Assembly (NCBI RefSeq): GCF_009914755.1
Contig: NC_060931.1
Length of the DNA stretch: 64,000 nt
Reading direction: 5' to 3' (one strand)
Source: the human T2T-CHM13v2.0 reference genome, Homo sapiens
In this document: positions 43,778-55,935 of the stretch, one piece after another
Numbering within the stretch: the first letter of the stretch is position 1
How the letters are laid out: each line of letters opens with the position of its first letter
Position numbers and translations under genes: made by a program
Notes under the pieces: model-generated
Told to the model about the DNA's origin: nothing
The model's input: the letters and a program-made list of their open reading frames with translations, nothing else
Databases searched by the model: none

Positions 43778-45190
43778 CGTATACACAAATTCACAAAGCC
43801 ATGCTCACTGCCTGTGACTGACAAGGAATGGGGGCAGGTACTAGCCCTCTGGCGCTTTTATCAATTGATAGATATCAATTGGCCAATATCAATAATTGAT
43901 CAATTATCAGTATTATCCACCCTATCTGTCTGTAATTAGTATAAAACTTCTTTTCTCTTTCCCTTCCCTAAGACTCTACCACTGGAGCTACCAATACTAA
44001 ATCAGACCGTGTGAATGTGCCCTTTCTATTCCTTCTAGTTACTCTGAAATATTTCCCAGGATAAGTCAAATGCTGGTAGCTGTTTACCTGTAAATGATGG
44101 GGTACAGTATAAGCAATATGATTAGTTACAAAGTATTGGTTTTTGTCTAGCATTACGGGTAACTTTGGTCAAAAAAGACCAATACTTTTCAAACTACTGG
44201 TATCTAGGAATCTCAAATGCGAGTCAACCAGCATGTGTGATGAACACTTAAAAAAAAGAGAAAAGAGCCACTGCATTCCAGCCTAGGCGACAGAGTGAGA
44301 CACTGTCTGAAAAAAAAAAAAAAGAGAGAGAAAAAAGAATGCATTACATGTAGAAGGAGTCAGCACTACTTCATGAAATGTCTATTTCAGTTACATAAGT
44401 ACTGTACGTGTATGTGAGCATATTGGTTGTGATGTAAAATTAACTTCACATGATAGATCAGTCAAAAGAGTTTGAAAGCCATGGAATGTGGCAAAGAAAC
44501 AAGCAGAAGTCACAAAGGCCTGAATTGTCCCCACAAACTCTGTCCCTGCAAATGGAGCTCCACAGTGAATCCCACATTCTTCCTGTGTCCTACAGCTGAG
44601 AACCCCAAAATTACCGGCCTGGAACCCATCATCAGCTGCCATACCAGATTCCCCTTCTCCAGATCCTAACCCCTTTTTTTCTCCACTCCATCCCACCTCA
44701 TCCCAGAAAGCAGCCAATATTTTCCCGCACGAACAGGCACTCCACACTCCAGCAGCTGCCCTGGAGACATTGACAGTCACACCTGGGTTTCCTTAAGCCC
44801 TGACACCACGACTCCTGCGATGACACCTCCTTCCCCCAACCCCGAACAGCAGAGCCACTCTCAGAGTCAGAAGTCCCTAGCTGACCCTCCAAGGCTTCCT
44901 GGGCGCGCAGGGTCGTTCTTCCACCTTCTGTCCCCCGTGGACTCTCACCTGGAAAACGCACACCCCCCTGCCGGGTGGTTAGGCTAAGATTATGTGGGAT
45001 AAGACTTTAATTCTCCAAGCATCTCCGAAAGACAGCCTATCCGGGGAGGCTTCTCCTTTAATCAGCCTTCAGCTGAATCCCTCAGCCCCATCCCTTAATG
45101 CTCCCGGCGTTAATTCCTCAAAATAATGCAGTCAGAGAAAGTGAACTTGGCCGCTAGGAAAGTTACCCCAGAGGAAGCGACGGGGAGCTA

Positions 45191-45295
45191 GGGCGAGCGG
45201 GGAGCGGGGGACGGGGTGGGGGGCGAGCGGGGAGCGGGGGACGGGGTGGGGGGCGAGCGGGGAGCGGGGGACGGGATGGGGGGCGAGCGGGGAGC
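45191..45295 (+). repeat. 30-bp G-rich tandem repeat, ~3.5 copies (GGGCGAGCGGGGAGCGGGGGACGGGGTGGG)
   Basis: Units start at 45191, 45221, 45251 and 45281. Confidence 0.95.
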
Positions 45296-45717
45296 TCAGG
45301 GCGCTCGCCCGGGGGGTTTCCTCCGCACAACGTGAAAAATCTTCTAGCCCCCAAGAAAAGAAAACAAAACCCAACGTGGCCACAAACCGGATGCCCTGTC
45401 ACTGAAGTGCGAACACCACTGTGGGGCTGGGACTCAGAGGAGAGGAGGGGAGGGGAGAGGAGGTCGGCGGGGCTGGAACAAAGCCCTCGGGGCCGCTCCG
45501 AGAGGCCGCGCGCCAGCACCCAGCTGCGCCCCGAGGGAGAGAGCTGAGGACTGGCCGACCCCCGCCCTTCCCCAAGCCCGGGAGCCCGGGGCCGGCCCTG
45601 GTGCGGGGTGCGGGGCCGGGAGGGCAGGTGCGCGCGCAGCGAGCCCCTCCCCCGCGCCCCCAAAGCTCGGGGGCACCCCGACCCTCCCCACGCGCCTGGC
45701 CCCGGCGCGGCCCTCAC

Positions 45718-45985
45718 CCGAGCGGGGGTCGAAGGTGACCACGAACACGGCCACCACCTGGTCCTCCTCCACGTCGCCCAGCTCCAGGCGCCCGGGCTGC
45801 AGCAGCACCTCCGGGGCGGCCGGCTCCTCGGGCTCCCGCCTCCGGGGCGGCTCCGCGGCCGGCCGGGCGCCCCCGCCGCCGCCCCGGCCCCAGCCTCCCG
45901 CCTGCGGCTGCGGGGCCTGCGGCAGGGAGACGGCGGGGCCCTCGGCCCAGCGCAGCAGCGGCGCCGCGTCTCCCTGCTCCACCAT
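45718..45985 (-). CDS. DENND11: DENND11 coding exon 1 (MVEQGDAAP...VVTFDPRSG)
   Basis: ATG in strong Kozak context gccATGG at 45985; donor G|GTGAG at 45717; ends in the uDENN-like FVVTFD motif; 268 nt. Confidence 0.95.
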
Positions 45986-47372
45986 GGCTAGGCGAGGCGG
46001 AGCCGCGGGCGCGAGGGGCGGGGCGGGCGGGCTGCGGGAACCCCCCTCGCCTGGCCGCGCCAACGCCGCCGCCGCCCGCCGGGTCTGGCGCTGCCCGGGG
46101 CCCCGCCGCGGAGGCGCCTTTCCCACGGAGCCAGAGCAGGCGTCCGCGGAGCCGGCTTCGGGAACCGCGAGCCTATTCGGAGGCGCCCGTGTGCACGTCC
46201 GTGTGTGGGACGCGTGCGGCCGGAACGTTCATCCTTGCGTCCATACACCTGTGTGCGGGTGGAGGTGCCTTCTCACCTAGGGTTCCGTGGTATAGCTACC
46301 ACTGTGAGTTTTTATGTCACCATTATTTTTTAAAGTCCGCTGGTCCTGTGGACCGTGACAGATATGTATTACATAATCCTGGATGTGTGGCAGAAGCTGC
46401 TTCTAAGCAGAGGAGTGAAGCAGAGGTGCTCTGGCTACCCAGGTGTTTGCAATATACTCATCAATAAACACTGAAAAGGCCATAGGGTTAAAGTTTGGGA
46501 ATTTTGTTCTTCCTTTTATATTACAAACTGATTAGGATGGAGATTATGAGTTTATTTCCTGGTATATATACAACTTGAGGGTATTAAATTAGGAGGTGCT
46601 GGAGCATTTGTGGGACGAGGGATATTCCCTCAGAAGATCAGGAAAAGGAAGTTGCTCAGGGGAGAAAGAGGAAAGTCAGCTCTAAAGCTGATGGCTTTGG
46701 AAATGGATTAGGGGTTTTCTGTGAACCCCCATTTTATATTTAAAAATAAATTTTACATGCCTCAATCCTTGAGGTAAATCTAGCAGCTAAGTAACTCTTT
46801 AAGAGGAGATGTGTATAAAAATAGGAATAGCTATTAAAATAGAAAGAAGGAGGTGGCAAGAGAAGGAGGTACACAGTTCATCCAGGGTTCAGCAAGGCTC
46901 CATGGTTTGCCTGTTCGCAAAAGGACCCAGTAGAGCTATGTGCTGGGTGCTACTCCACGGGATGTTTATGAACCTCCGTGTCCTACACGTCAGCACTGCA
47001 ATGATAATGTGATTTAACCCCTATCCCTAAGAAGATAATCAATGACTGCCCTAGGCTGCCACTTCTAATCTAAAATCTATGATATAACAATAAAGAATGT
47101 ACTTATGCAGCATTTTACCCCCAAGAACAGGGTCTACTTTCATTATTTACATATTTAGTTCAGCCTTTCCTGAAAGGTAAAACTTCAGCATAGGAATCTC
47201 TTGATTGGATCAGAAGGATGAAGAAGTAGCTGTGGATGTTTGACCAAGTTACTGATGACCTCCAGAGCTCATCCCTTGGAGCACTGACAGCAAATAAGTC
47301 AAGACGGAGCACAGTAGAGATCCATCTCTGAGAATGTCTCCTCCATACCTGCTCATTTCTTCCCAGTGAGGC

Positions 47373-47374
<2 letters not shown>

Positions 47375-47427
<53 letters not shown>

Positions 47428-47498
47428 GATGTGGGAGAGGCAGAAACAGACATACACACATACATACACACACAGAGACAGACAGAGAGAGAGAGAGA
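47375..47498. repeat. (TG)~20(TATG)n followed by CA/GA-rich repeats
   Basis: Direct read. Confidence 0.95.
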
Positions 47499-50400
47499 TC
47501 TTATTTCTGTGGCCGGGGGCGGTGGGGCTGGCCTTGGTGCAGGTCACACAGGTGACCCATTACCTGTTCTAATCTTAGGGACTCCGGGAATGACCACAGC
47601 CCAACTGTGACTAACAGAGAAAAGGTCAGACTAGTGGGTCTGTACCATCGTTTTAAAATGTCTGCTCCTTAAAGTATCGGTAGGATATCATCAATCTCTA
47701 AATTACTGGGACATCAAATCAGAGATCTATTCCTATTCTAAGTATGCTATGTGTTGTGTGTGTAGACAAGTGGTATGTTTCTACTGTCACAGCTATTTTG
47801 ATGAATAATCTCTAGTTCTAGCAAATGGGAAACTTTGGCAAGAGAAGCAATTTGTTAAAATCTGTTTGATTTATTCATCAGATAGATTTATAGTAGATTT
47901 CAAATTAATAGAATAACCTAGGGGTTTTTATTAATGGCACTAAAGTATCCATGGGTAAAATATGTTGTCACTGATTTGCTTCACAATACCCCAGCACTCA
48001 CCCTCAATGAAGTTGCAGTTATGAACTAAACAAGACTGTAAAGCCATACATAATTTTTGAAGCTAGGTTATGGATACATAAGGACTCATTATAGTATTTT
48101 CTCTATTTTTGGTATGTTTGAACATTTCCATGAGAAAAAGTTAAACAAAAAGGAGGAAAGGGTTAATAACAGACTCCTAGGCTTTAAAGCAGCCTCCAGG
48201 CTTTATTTACTTAGCCCGTAATCCTTCCTTGGAATTCTGTTGTGCCGGCAGTGCCACCCATGAGATACAATTTTATGAGCACTTTGAAATGAGAAATGTG
48301 ATGGGCAAATATCAAGTATTGTTAATGATTTATGTAATTATCATTGGATTCATCGCAGCTGACAAGTGGCTGCTTCTGTACACTCTCTCAGCAGGCAGGG
48401 AGGAGATTAGAAGAAGGTCCCCCTTCAAGGTTGCTGGCTTTGCTGACCATCCTTGTCATAGGAACAGAGCTGTGAGGAGTCAGGAGCACTGGAGACCCCT
48501 AGTTTCAATGGATTCACATCCACCGCAGCGGCCCCAATCTGGACCTGGTCAGTGTTGCCGCTGCTGATGGATTTGTCCAGGGAGCAGGAGAACATACACT
48601 GGTGATTAAAATAATGTTTTCTCTAAGTTACTGCAAACTTTCTCCTGTGTAGTTGAGGCAACACTTCCAGTTGTGGTGAGAGATTGAACAAAAGAAAAAG
48701 CATACAATGTTAAAGCTGGCAGGACCTTAAAGACACTGCCTAGCCCTCTCACTCAGCAGTGAGTCGTAGATGATTCCTCCAGATCTTGACGAGGCCCACA
48801 GGCCCTTGTTTAAGAACGTCGCTTGCTGCTTTGCTGCTTCTATGGGGCACATTCTGGTGATAAAGGCCAGCTGTTTTTCTCCACCAGCATGGAGTTCTCT
48901 CAACTTTGTTTCTGGTTTTTAGAGTCCCTGGCCAATTGTCTGGAGACCCAGAGAGCCACTGTTAGTCTAAGGTCGCTTCATAAATAAGGGTAATCCCGGT
49001 CCTGGATTCTGCCAGACTCCTAGAAAGACTGACAGTGAAAGTGTCATTTCTTGCTTGGGAAACCATACTTCACAATGGTTTTCAATAGGGCAGACCCATT
49101 AAATACATAAGAATCCAACAACACTCTTTTTTCAGAGTCGGAATGACTCAGTTCTAATTCAGTCTTAAATAAATAATGTGCTGGACCTTTACTTAGGCCT
49201 GTTTAAGTGTTTTTTACAATTCTCTCTCCTGACTTGGGGGACAATTAGGCCAGCATGTTCTTCCTTGGAGCGACAAACTCTCAAATAGCTCATTTTCCAT
49301 GGCCTTAGCTTTACTTTGACAAAGGAACAGTCTAACCAGGAAGGTGAATAAAAGTTTCCACGTCTTGCAAATTTGAATAGATAGATTTTCCTGCTTCTGT
49401 TCTTCCCATCAACATTTCATAGGCCTCAGAACCAAGTCTGGTCAGAGTGGAGTCTAGGTGCTTCCTTATCACTCAGCAGTGTGTCTGCAAGGGGAGAACT
49501 TCCCTCAAGCACACAGTTGAGGGAACTCAGCCCTGAGATGCAAGGCTGCCCGCTTCTTGCACATCTTACTCCTGGGAACTTCGCTTTCCCCCTGTGCAGC
49601 AACTCCTGACACATTAAGAAAAAAATTCAAATTTTTTTTAAAAAGTCAAATATGGAGTATTTTAAACATGATTGAAATATATTAATTTATTTCCCCAAAT
49701 TCATCCAAAAACAATTTATTGAACACCTACTATATGTTAGGCATTAAGGGGGAAACCCTCCCCTTTTCCTCTTATTGCCACAGATTACATGGGTCCCCCT
49801 TTTGACACATCATCTCAACTATCACCTGAAGCTTTATGCTGGGATGGATGCCTGTGGGATTAACATATACTGAAGCAGAGATGAAATTTTTCATAATGGA
49901 AAGAGGCTAAAAATGAAGAAAAGGCTACAATGTGACCAAAAAAATAGTGAGGCCATGGGCCAGAGGCCATAGGTAGCACCTCTAGGGATTCCCTTGGGTC
50001 ATCCAGATCAGCAACTATGCAATTCTTATTATTTAGTTGTCCAAATTTGGGATATCTTTTTTGTACTCATTGTTACACCTTTCTTATTCTGAAGACTTAG
50101 CCACAATCATTATCTTCTGAGTAACAATACATGAAAAGGTGAATGGTGCAAGTTTCTAACAGTATTACTGCCGATAACATAAGACCTCAACCATTGCAAT
50201 GGCATAGCTGCCTCCCTAGGCAAACAATGTAGTCATAAATAAGGGTAATCAAGAATTATAGCAAGGGAGAGAGAAAAAGCAGCAGGTGATAGAAAAAAAA
50301 AAAGAAAACCTGGTCTACTTGGGTAATACCTAATAAACCAGCCCCTGTGCCCTGTCTACAGGACAATAATATAGCCAGTGTTTTGAGTCAGTCCTGTTTT

Positions 50401-51169
50401 ACTGAGAGCAAAGCCAGCCTCTAGCTGCCTGGAGAGGCAGGAATGACAAGCCATGGCATGTGAGGGGAAATTCATCAACACCAAGGCTATAGAAAAGAAA
50501 TCTATCATCTGGCTTGCTGATTTGTAAACAAGACACTCCTAGGCTGAGAATCCCAGTTGATAATAATTGCATTACTGGTAACCTATGAGTTCTCCTTTTT
50601 CTTTGATGATTCTGTTTTTACTGGCCCCTGTAGGATACTGAATCTCTGACAAAGGTGGGCAGTGAGTTACTGCATTTTGTGAGCAATATTTTACCCCCTG
50701 TTGAATTATCTGGGATAGTTTGTGTGGGTGGGAGGCTGTAGGGAAGGGCCAAGGAAGGATGAATTGGTGTGCCCACCTACAAAGGGCTGGAGCATGAGAA
50801 GGCTTTGAGCTGAAAAAACACTTTGAAGTCTCCCCAGTTAGTTTTCATTTGGATTACCCTCCTCAGGAGTTCTGGCTGGGAATGGGGAAGGAATTAGGAG
50901 AAAGTGGTGGAGAGATCTGTGAAAAGAGGGAAATGGAAGAGGGGTGACAGGTAGCAAAGACTATAAAGAGAAGGGAAATAACATTTGTTTCAAACTCATC
51001 AAGCTGGCCTTGGTTCCTGTCTCTCTTTGGGCCCATGTTTATCATGTAAATAATTCCCTATTTGCAGTCCCTCTGAAGCCTCCTTGAGGGGCATGAGTGT
51101 ATCATTTTCCTTTTTCATGGACTGCCTCTCACATAGTTTTCTTCTATAATGTGATATCAGTGAGGCCTT

Positions 51170-51508
51170 TTTCCTTTGATATACCTATACATTGTGTAAT
51201 GATTACCAAAAATTTACCACACCCATATGCACCCATGCTGTACATCAGGTCCCCAGAATTGTTCATCTTATACCTGAAAGTGTGTACCCTTTGATCAGCA
51301 TCTCCCCATTTCCCCTGCCTTTCCAGATCCTGGTAACCACCATTCTACTCCCTCCCTCTAGGAGATCAACTGTTTTTGATTCCACATATAAGTAAGATCA
51401 TGTAGTATCTGTCTTTCTGTGCCTGGCTTATTTCACTTAATATCCCCCTGGTTCATCCATGTTATCACAAACGGCAGCCTTTCCTTTTTTATGACTGAGT
51501 AATATTCT

Positions 51509-51555
<47 letters not shown>

Positions 51556-51700
51556 TCACCACATTTTCTTTATTCATCTGTCCATGGCTATTTAGGTGGT
51601 TTCCATATCTTGGCTGTTGAGGATAATGCTGCAATGAATATGGGTGTGTTGGTATTTTTTTGAGATAGTGATTTTATTTCCTTTGGCTATATAACTGGAA
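51170..51700 (-). mobile_element. L1MA-like 3' end containing (TG)~21 (51512-51553)
   Basis: ggtaaccaccattctactc..ttttgattccacatataagt.agatcatg.agtatctgtctttctgtgcctggcttatttcactta. Confidence 0.8.
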
Positions 51701-51959
51701 GAGAAGAGGGACAGCTTGATTGTATAATAGTTGTTTTTTTCTTCAAAGAGTTTTCCATCCTTCTCATCGGGGCTTCTCTGAGAAAGAAATTAAATAATGT
51801 GTACTAAAGATATTAAAAAGCATTTTACAATATAAGGCATTTTTGGCAGAAGCCATTGCTGTTTTCCAGTGATCAATATCTGTTTCTATGGTTTGTTGAT
51901 CTTTCTAGCCTTTCTTTTGTCAGTTTAAATTTTTGTTCAATTCCCTAGAAGCTTTAACT

Positions 51960-52200
51960 GCTAACAGCTAACAGCTGCAGGAGGGAGATGCCTGAATTAG
52001 GGCAGGTGTGTTTGGCACAGAGCTAAGCTGTGTCTCTGTCAGGGATACAAACTCCAGTCAAGATATGTTAGAGGCTGTTTAAGGATCATTATGATAGCCA
52101 GGTGATGCTAAATTGTAATTACCTGCTGTTAGCTATTGGGTGGGTGGGGAGGAGAAGGGAGGAGAGGGTGATATTTATAAATGGCAGGTGTAAGGAGTGA
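51960..52200 (+). promoter_or_regulatory. WEE2 proximal promoter: TATA box (TATAAA ~52176-52181), E-boxes CAGCTG 51972 and CAGGTG 52003/52099/52185, TAATTA 52116
   Basis: Motifs read directly ~430-650 bp upstream of the WEE2 ATG; CpG-poor, tissue-specific type promoter. Confidence 0.6.
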
Positions 52201-52610
52201 AAATAATTTCTTTTCAATATTAGCTTATTCCCAAATTGGCTAATGGGTATTTTTAAAGCCATGCTAAATTAAAGGAATTCAATTTTCTCACTAGTATTTG
52301 GTAACACATGGGAGACTATGTGTCATATCCAGAAGAGTTCTGTACATGAACTGCATTTAATTGCTCCGAGAGTCACTGGAGCTTTCTTTAATCAGAATGG
52401 AAATCAGGATAAGCTGAGGTCTTATAGATTGGTGGTACTTAAGGCAGAAAATTAACACCGTGTTTTGTAGCTGTTAGTTGGTAGAGGGAAATTCAGGCTA
52501 CCGTCGCGAAACCTGCAGGTTAAGTTATTTTCTCCTCCCTGCTTCTGTAGGTTCACAGCGTTCCCTTCTGATAGAGCTTTTTGTCTGTGTTGTAAAGCTC
52601 TTTGGCTGAG

Positions 52611-52952
52611 ATGGATGACAAAGATATTGACAAAGAACTAAGGCAGAAATTAAACTTTTCCTATTGTGAGGAGACTGAGATTGAAGGGCAGAAGAAAGTA
52701 GAAGAAAGCAGGGAGGCTTCGAGCCAAACCCCAGAGAAGGGTGAAGTGCAGGATTCAGAGGCAAAGGGTACACCACCTTGGACTCCCCTTAGCAACGTGC
52801 ATGAGCTCGACACATCTTCGGAAAAAGACAAAGAAAGTCCAGATCAGATTTTGAGGACTCCAGTGTCACACCCTCTCAAATGTCCTGAGACACCAGCCCA
52901 ACCAGACAGCAGGAGCAAGCTGCTGCCCAGTGACAGCCCCTCTACTCCCAAA
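52611..52952 (+). CDS. WEE2: WEE2 (WEE1B, oocyte meiosis-inhibiting kinase) coding exon 1 (MDDKDIDKELRQKLNFSY...SPSTPK)
   Basis: ATG at 52611 (gagATGG); donor AAA|GTAAGT; 342 nt; recognised N-terminus rich in S/T-P sites. Confidence 0.95.
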
Positions 52953-53989
52953 GTAAGTAAGGGGTGGGGGAAAAAGGGACGCAGGTCGCCAAGCTCTGCT
53001 TTCCTGTAGTTTAGCTGATAGAGTGGATTCATGTGTGTATGACAGTCACCTCCAGGCTGTGTATATCCTCAATTACACATTTATTGATGAAAATGAAGAA
53101 ATTAAAATTACCAGAAAATGGACAGAATTAAATGGTTTGCCAGTTGTCTTCTCAAAACCACTGGTGCCAGTAACTGTTGGCTATTGGCCACAAACAAATC
53201 TTGGGTAGAAAAAAGTCCCTAGTTAAAGAATATTGGAACTGGAAGGAATATTGAGATTTAGAGCTCCAGCTGTGCAGTTTACATATGAGAAAATGAAGGG
53301 CCCAAGACAGAAACTGTCTCACAGCTCAGCCAATGTTACAGACAGGACTAGAAACCTGATCTTTTTGGCCTAGTCTATTGTTCTTTCCATTACGCCAACT
53401 GGCTCTATTTTTGTGTGATTATTTACTAATACTTTCTAATATAAGAACGTCCACACTCACTGTTTGAACATAGTCATATCTCTTTGCTGCTGCTCCTCCC
53501 AGAAACAACTCCTCTCCCCTCCTTGGTCTAATAGAAGAACCTCCAGGTTCTTCTAGTATATGTCAGCAAAGAGGAAACTTGTTGATACTTCTTCATAAGC
53601 TGAGGATGGCAAATAAGCAAGAGTCCCTAGTAGCATATTCCTTTATTCTTGTTGTGATTGGTGTCCTGTTGCATCGTTCATGTTATTAAAGCCATAGTTG
53701 GGGCAGGGTTGCCTCTAATCAACTCTGGTGCCATGGTGTGTGAGTCCTAGGATTGGTATTAGCTCGGCTTCCTGCTGGTTCAGCCTGAGGCACTTAAGAT
53801 CATCATAATAACATCTGTGATCCTGACTGCGACACAGTTGCTATCAGCAGGTCTCTTTAGTACCTGCTGGGTGTGGGTACCATGTATACCAGGAAATTCT
53901 AAGCTGCTTGTTTGAATTGTAGAAAAACTAATATGCTCCGATGTCTATCTCTGGGTTTTTCAGTGGTCACAGCACCAGCCAATTAATCA

Positions 53990-55250
53990 CCCATTTATTC
54001 TTTGAGAATTCCCTATAGGTAAGGAGCATATAATACAGTCTCTGCCCTCAAAGAGCTTACAGTCTAGCAGAGAGAGAGTAGTTATGCCAAAAGGCACTAT
54101 GTGATAAGTGTGGTCAGAACCCGCTGGACAGATTCTCAGTGTGGTGATCAGGAAAGAAAGAAAGGTATAGGAAGGGCAATGAAAGTTGGTCCAGTTTTGA
54201 TATATGGGGGAGAATGGGCTGAGAGAATGTGGCTTTGAGTAAGAGTACACAGAGAAGAAAACATGACATTCATTTGATCATTCACAGCTTAACTGAACAC
54301 CTTGATGTGTTAGCAGACCCTCTGCTGGCAAAACCCATTCACTGCCTTCAAAAAGAGCCCACAAAATGAATAAAGATTAAACAAATGAAACAATAAAGTT
54401 CAAAACGTGTACTAGAGGAATGGTTGAGCATGATGAGAAGGAATTAGGAATTACATCTCTATCAGGGAAGACTTTCCAAAGAAAGTAATGTTTGAGAGAT
54501 GTCTTAAAGGATATTTGGAGTTAGCCAGGCAAAGAGGGGAATAGGAATTCTAGGCAAAGGGAAAAGCATCCACCAAGTTATGGAGGGGAAGGAGCTGCTA
54601 CACTTGGAAAACAGCATGTTATTCAGTGTGACGGGCCTGTGTGTGAGAGAGTGCAAGAGATGAGGCCAGTGTAGGTGGGCAGAAGCTAGATCAAGATTTT
54701 AATCCTGAGAGTGTTGAGAGAGCCATTACCATGGTTTTGAGTAGAGGGATTTTTTTGGAAAAATCATGACCTTTGTATGTATTGTGGGATGGAGCATGAG
54801 AGAGCCTGGAGGTAGAGCAGTATTCAGAATAGCCCTGTTGAACAAAGAAGAGCCTGGACTAGGACAGTGAAAAATTCAGAGATGACTTGATGGAGAGGTC
54901 GAGGGAAAACGAAAACAATCTGATGACTGAGGTTTCTTGCTTGGTTCAGTAGACAGAATCAAGATAGATGACACTAAGGGATATATGGGTTTGGAGAAAA
55001 GCAGAGATGTGGTATAAAAAGTTGGATAACTGGGTATGGGGCACAAGAAAACAATGAAAATTGGAAATCCGTATTTGGATATCTACAGCATTTAGGAAGT
55101 AGTTGAGGCCATGGGTGGAGATAAGGTCACATAGCCTGAGTGCCAGAGTAAGGAGAGAAGTGGCCCAGTTAGAAATCTTGGATAATGCATTTAAGGGAGA
55201 GGCAGAGAACAGGGCTTGGGAGCAAAACTGAAATGCAACTGGGAAAGTAC
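53990..55250. mobile_element. L2 fragments
   Basis: cattcattt, tctgccctcaaagagcttacagtctag and tgactgaggtttcttgcttgg are L2-like. Confidence 0.6.
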
Positions 55251-55531
55251 ATACTTTATGAAAACACAGTTTGCGTTAGAGGAAAGAGGCTTGATGGCTG
55301 ATCATTGTTATGCAGAAGACAAAGCTGCATGGGAAAGGAGGATTGGCTTAGTCAGTCTTGTCCAAGGGATGGAACCAAAAATCATGTGAAATTCAGTTCA
55401 CTGTAAGGACTTCCTGACAGAATCATCTAGAGATAGAAGAGCATGCTTAGGAGGTGTAAGCTCCCTGTGGCTAAAAGCATAGAACACTCATTGATGACCG
55501 ACCACTTGGTAGAAATACTGCAGAAGGGATT

Positions 55532-55935
55532 TGTTAGTCTGTTTGCCTTGCTACAAAGGAATACCTGAGACTGGGTAAATTATAAAGAAAAGAGGTTTAT
55601 TTGGCTTACAGTTCTGCAGGCTGTACAGTAAGCATATTGCCTGTATCTGCTTCTGGTGAGGGCCTCAGGAAGTTGACAGTCATGGCAGAAGGTGGACAGA
55701 AACAAGGCAGCTTGTTACATGGTGAGAGAAAAAGTGAGACAGTGGAAGCAAGACAGGAAGGAAGTGTCAGGCTCATTTTAAACAACCAGATCTGGTGTGA
55801 ACTAACAAAGTGAGAACTGGTTCATTACCATGAGGATGGCACCAAGGAATCTACCTCTATAATCCAAATGCCACCCACCAGGCCCTACCTCCAGCACTGG
55901 GGATTATATTTCAACATGATATCCAAATGATACCA
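55532..55935 (-). mobile_element. MSTA/B (MaLR) solo LTR, antisense to WEE2
   Basis: tgttagtc..aaaggaatacctgagactgggtaa.ttataaagaaaagaggttta.ttggct.acagttctgcaggctgtaca; 5-bp TSD GGATT. Confidence 0.85.

Larger units (their letters stand above)
44880..46260. promoter_or_regulatory. CpG island / DENND11 promoter with GC boxes (46016-46032) and an NRF1-like TGCGCGCGCA (45629-45638)
   Basis: Very high GC and CpG density around exon 1. Confidence 0.9.

Noticed and set aside
45986-46126. In-frame GTG-initiated N-terminal extension of DENND11 (ORF 45434..46126)
   Set aside because: Stop-free frames are expected in a CpG island; the ATG at 45985 has an optimal Kozak context and the GTG probably lies at or beyond the TSS
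45132-46467. Many overlapping Pro/Gly/Arg-rich ORFs on both strands
   Set aside because: GC-rich shadow ORFs and translations of the VNTR; no independent coding signal
52602-52610. ORF-track start at TTG 52602 (MAEM...)
   Set aside because: The true start is the ATG at 52611; the ORF tail beyond 52952 is intron
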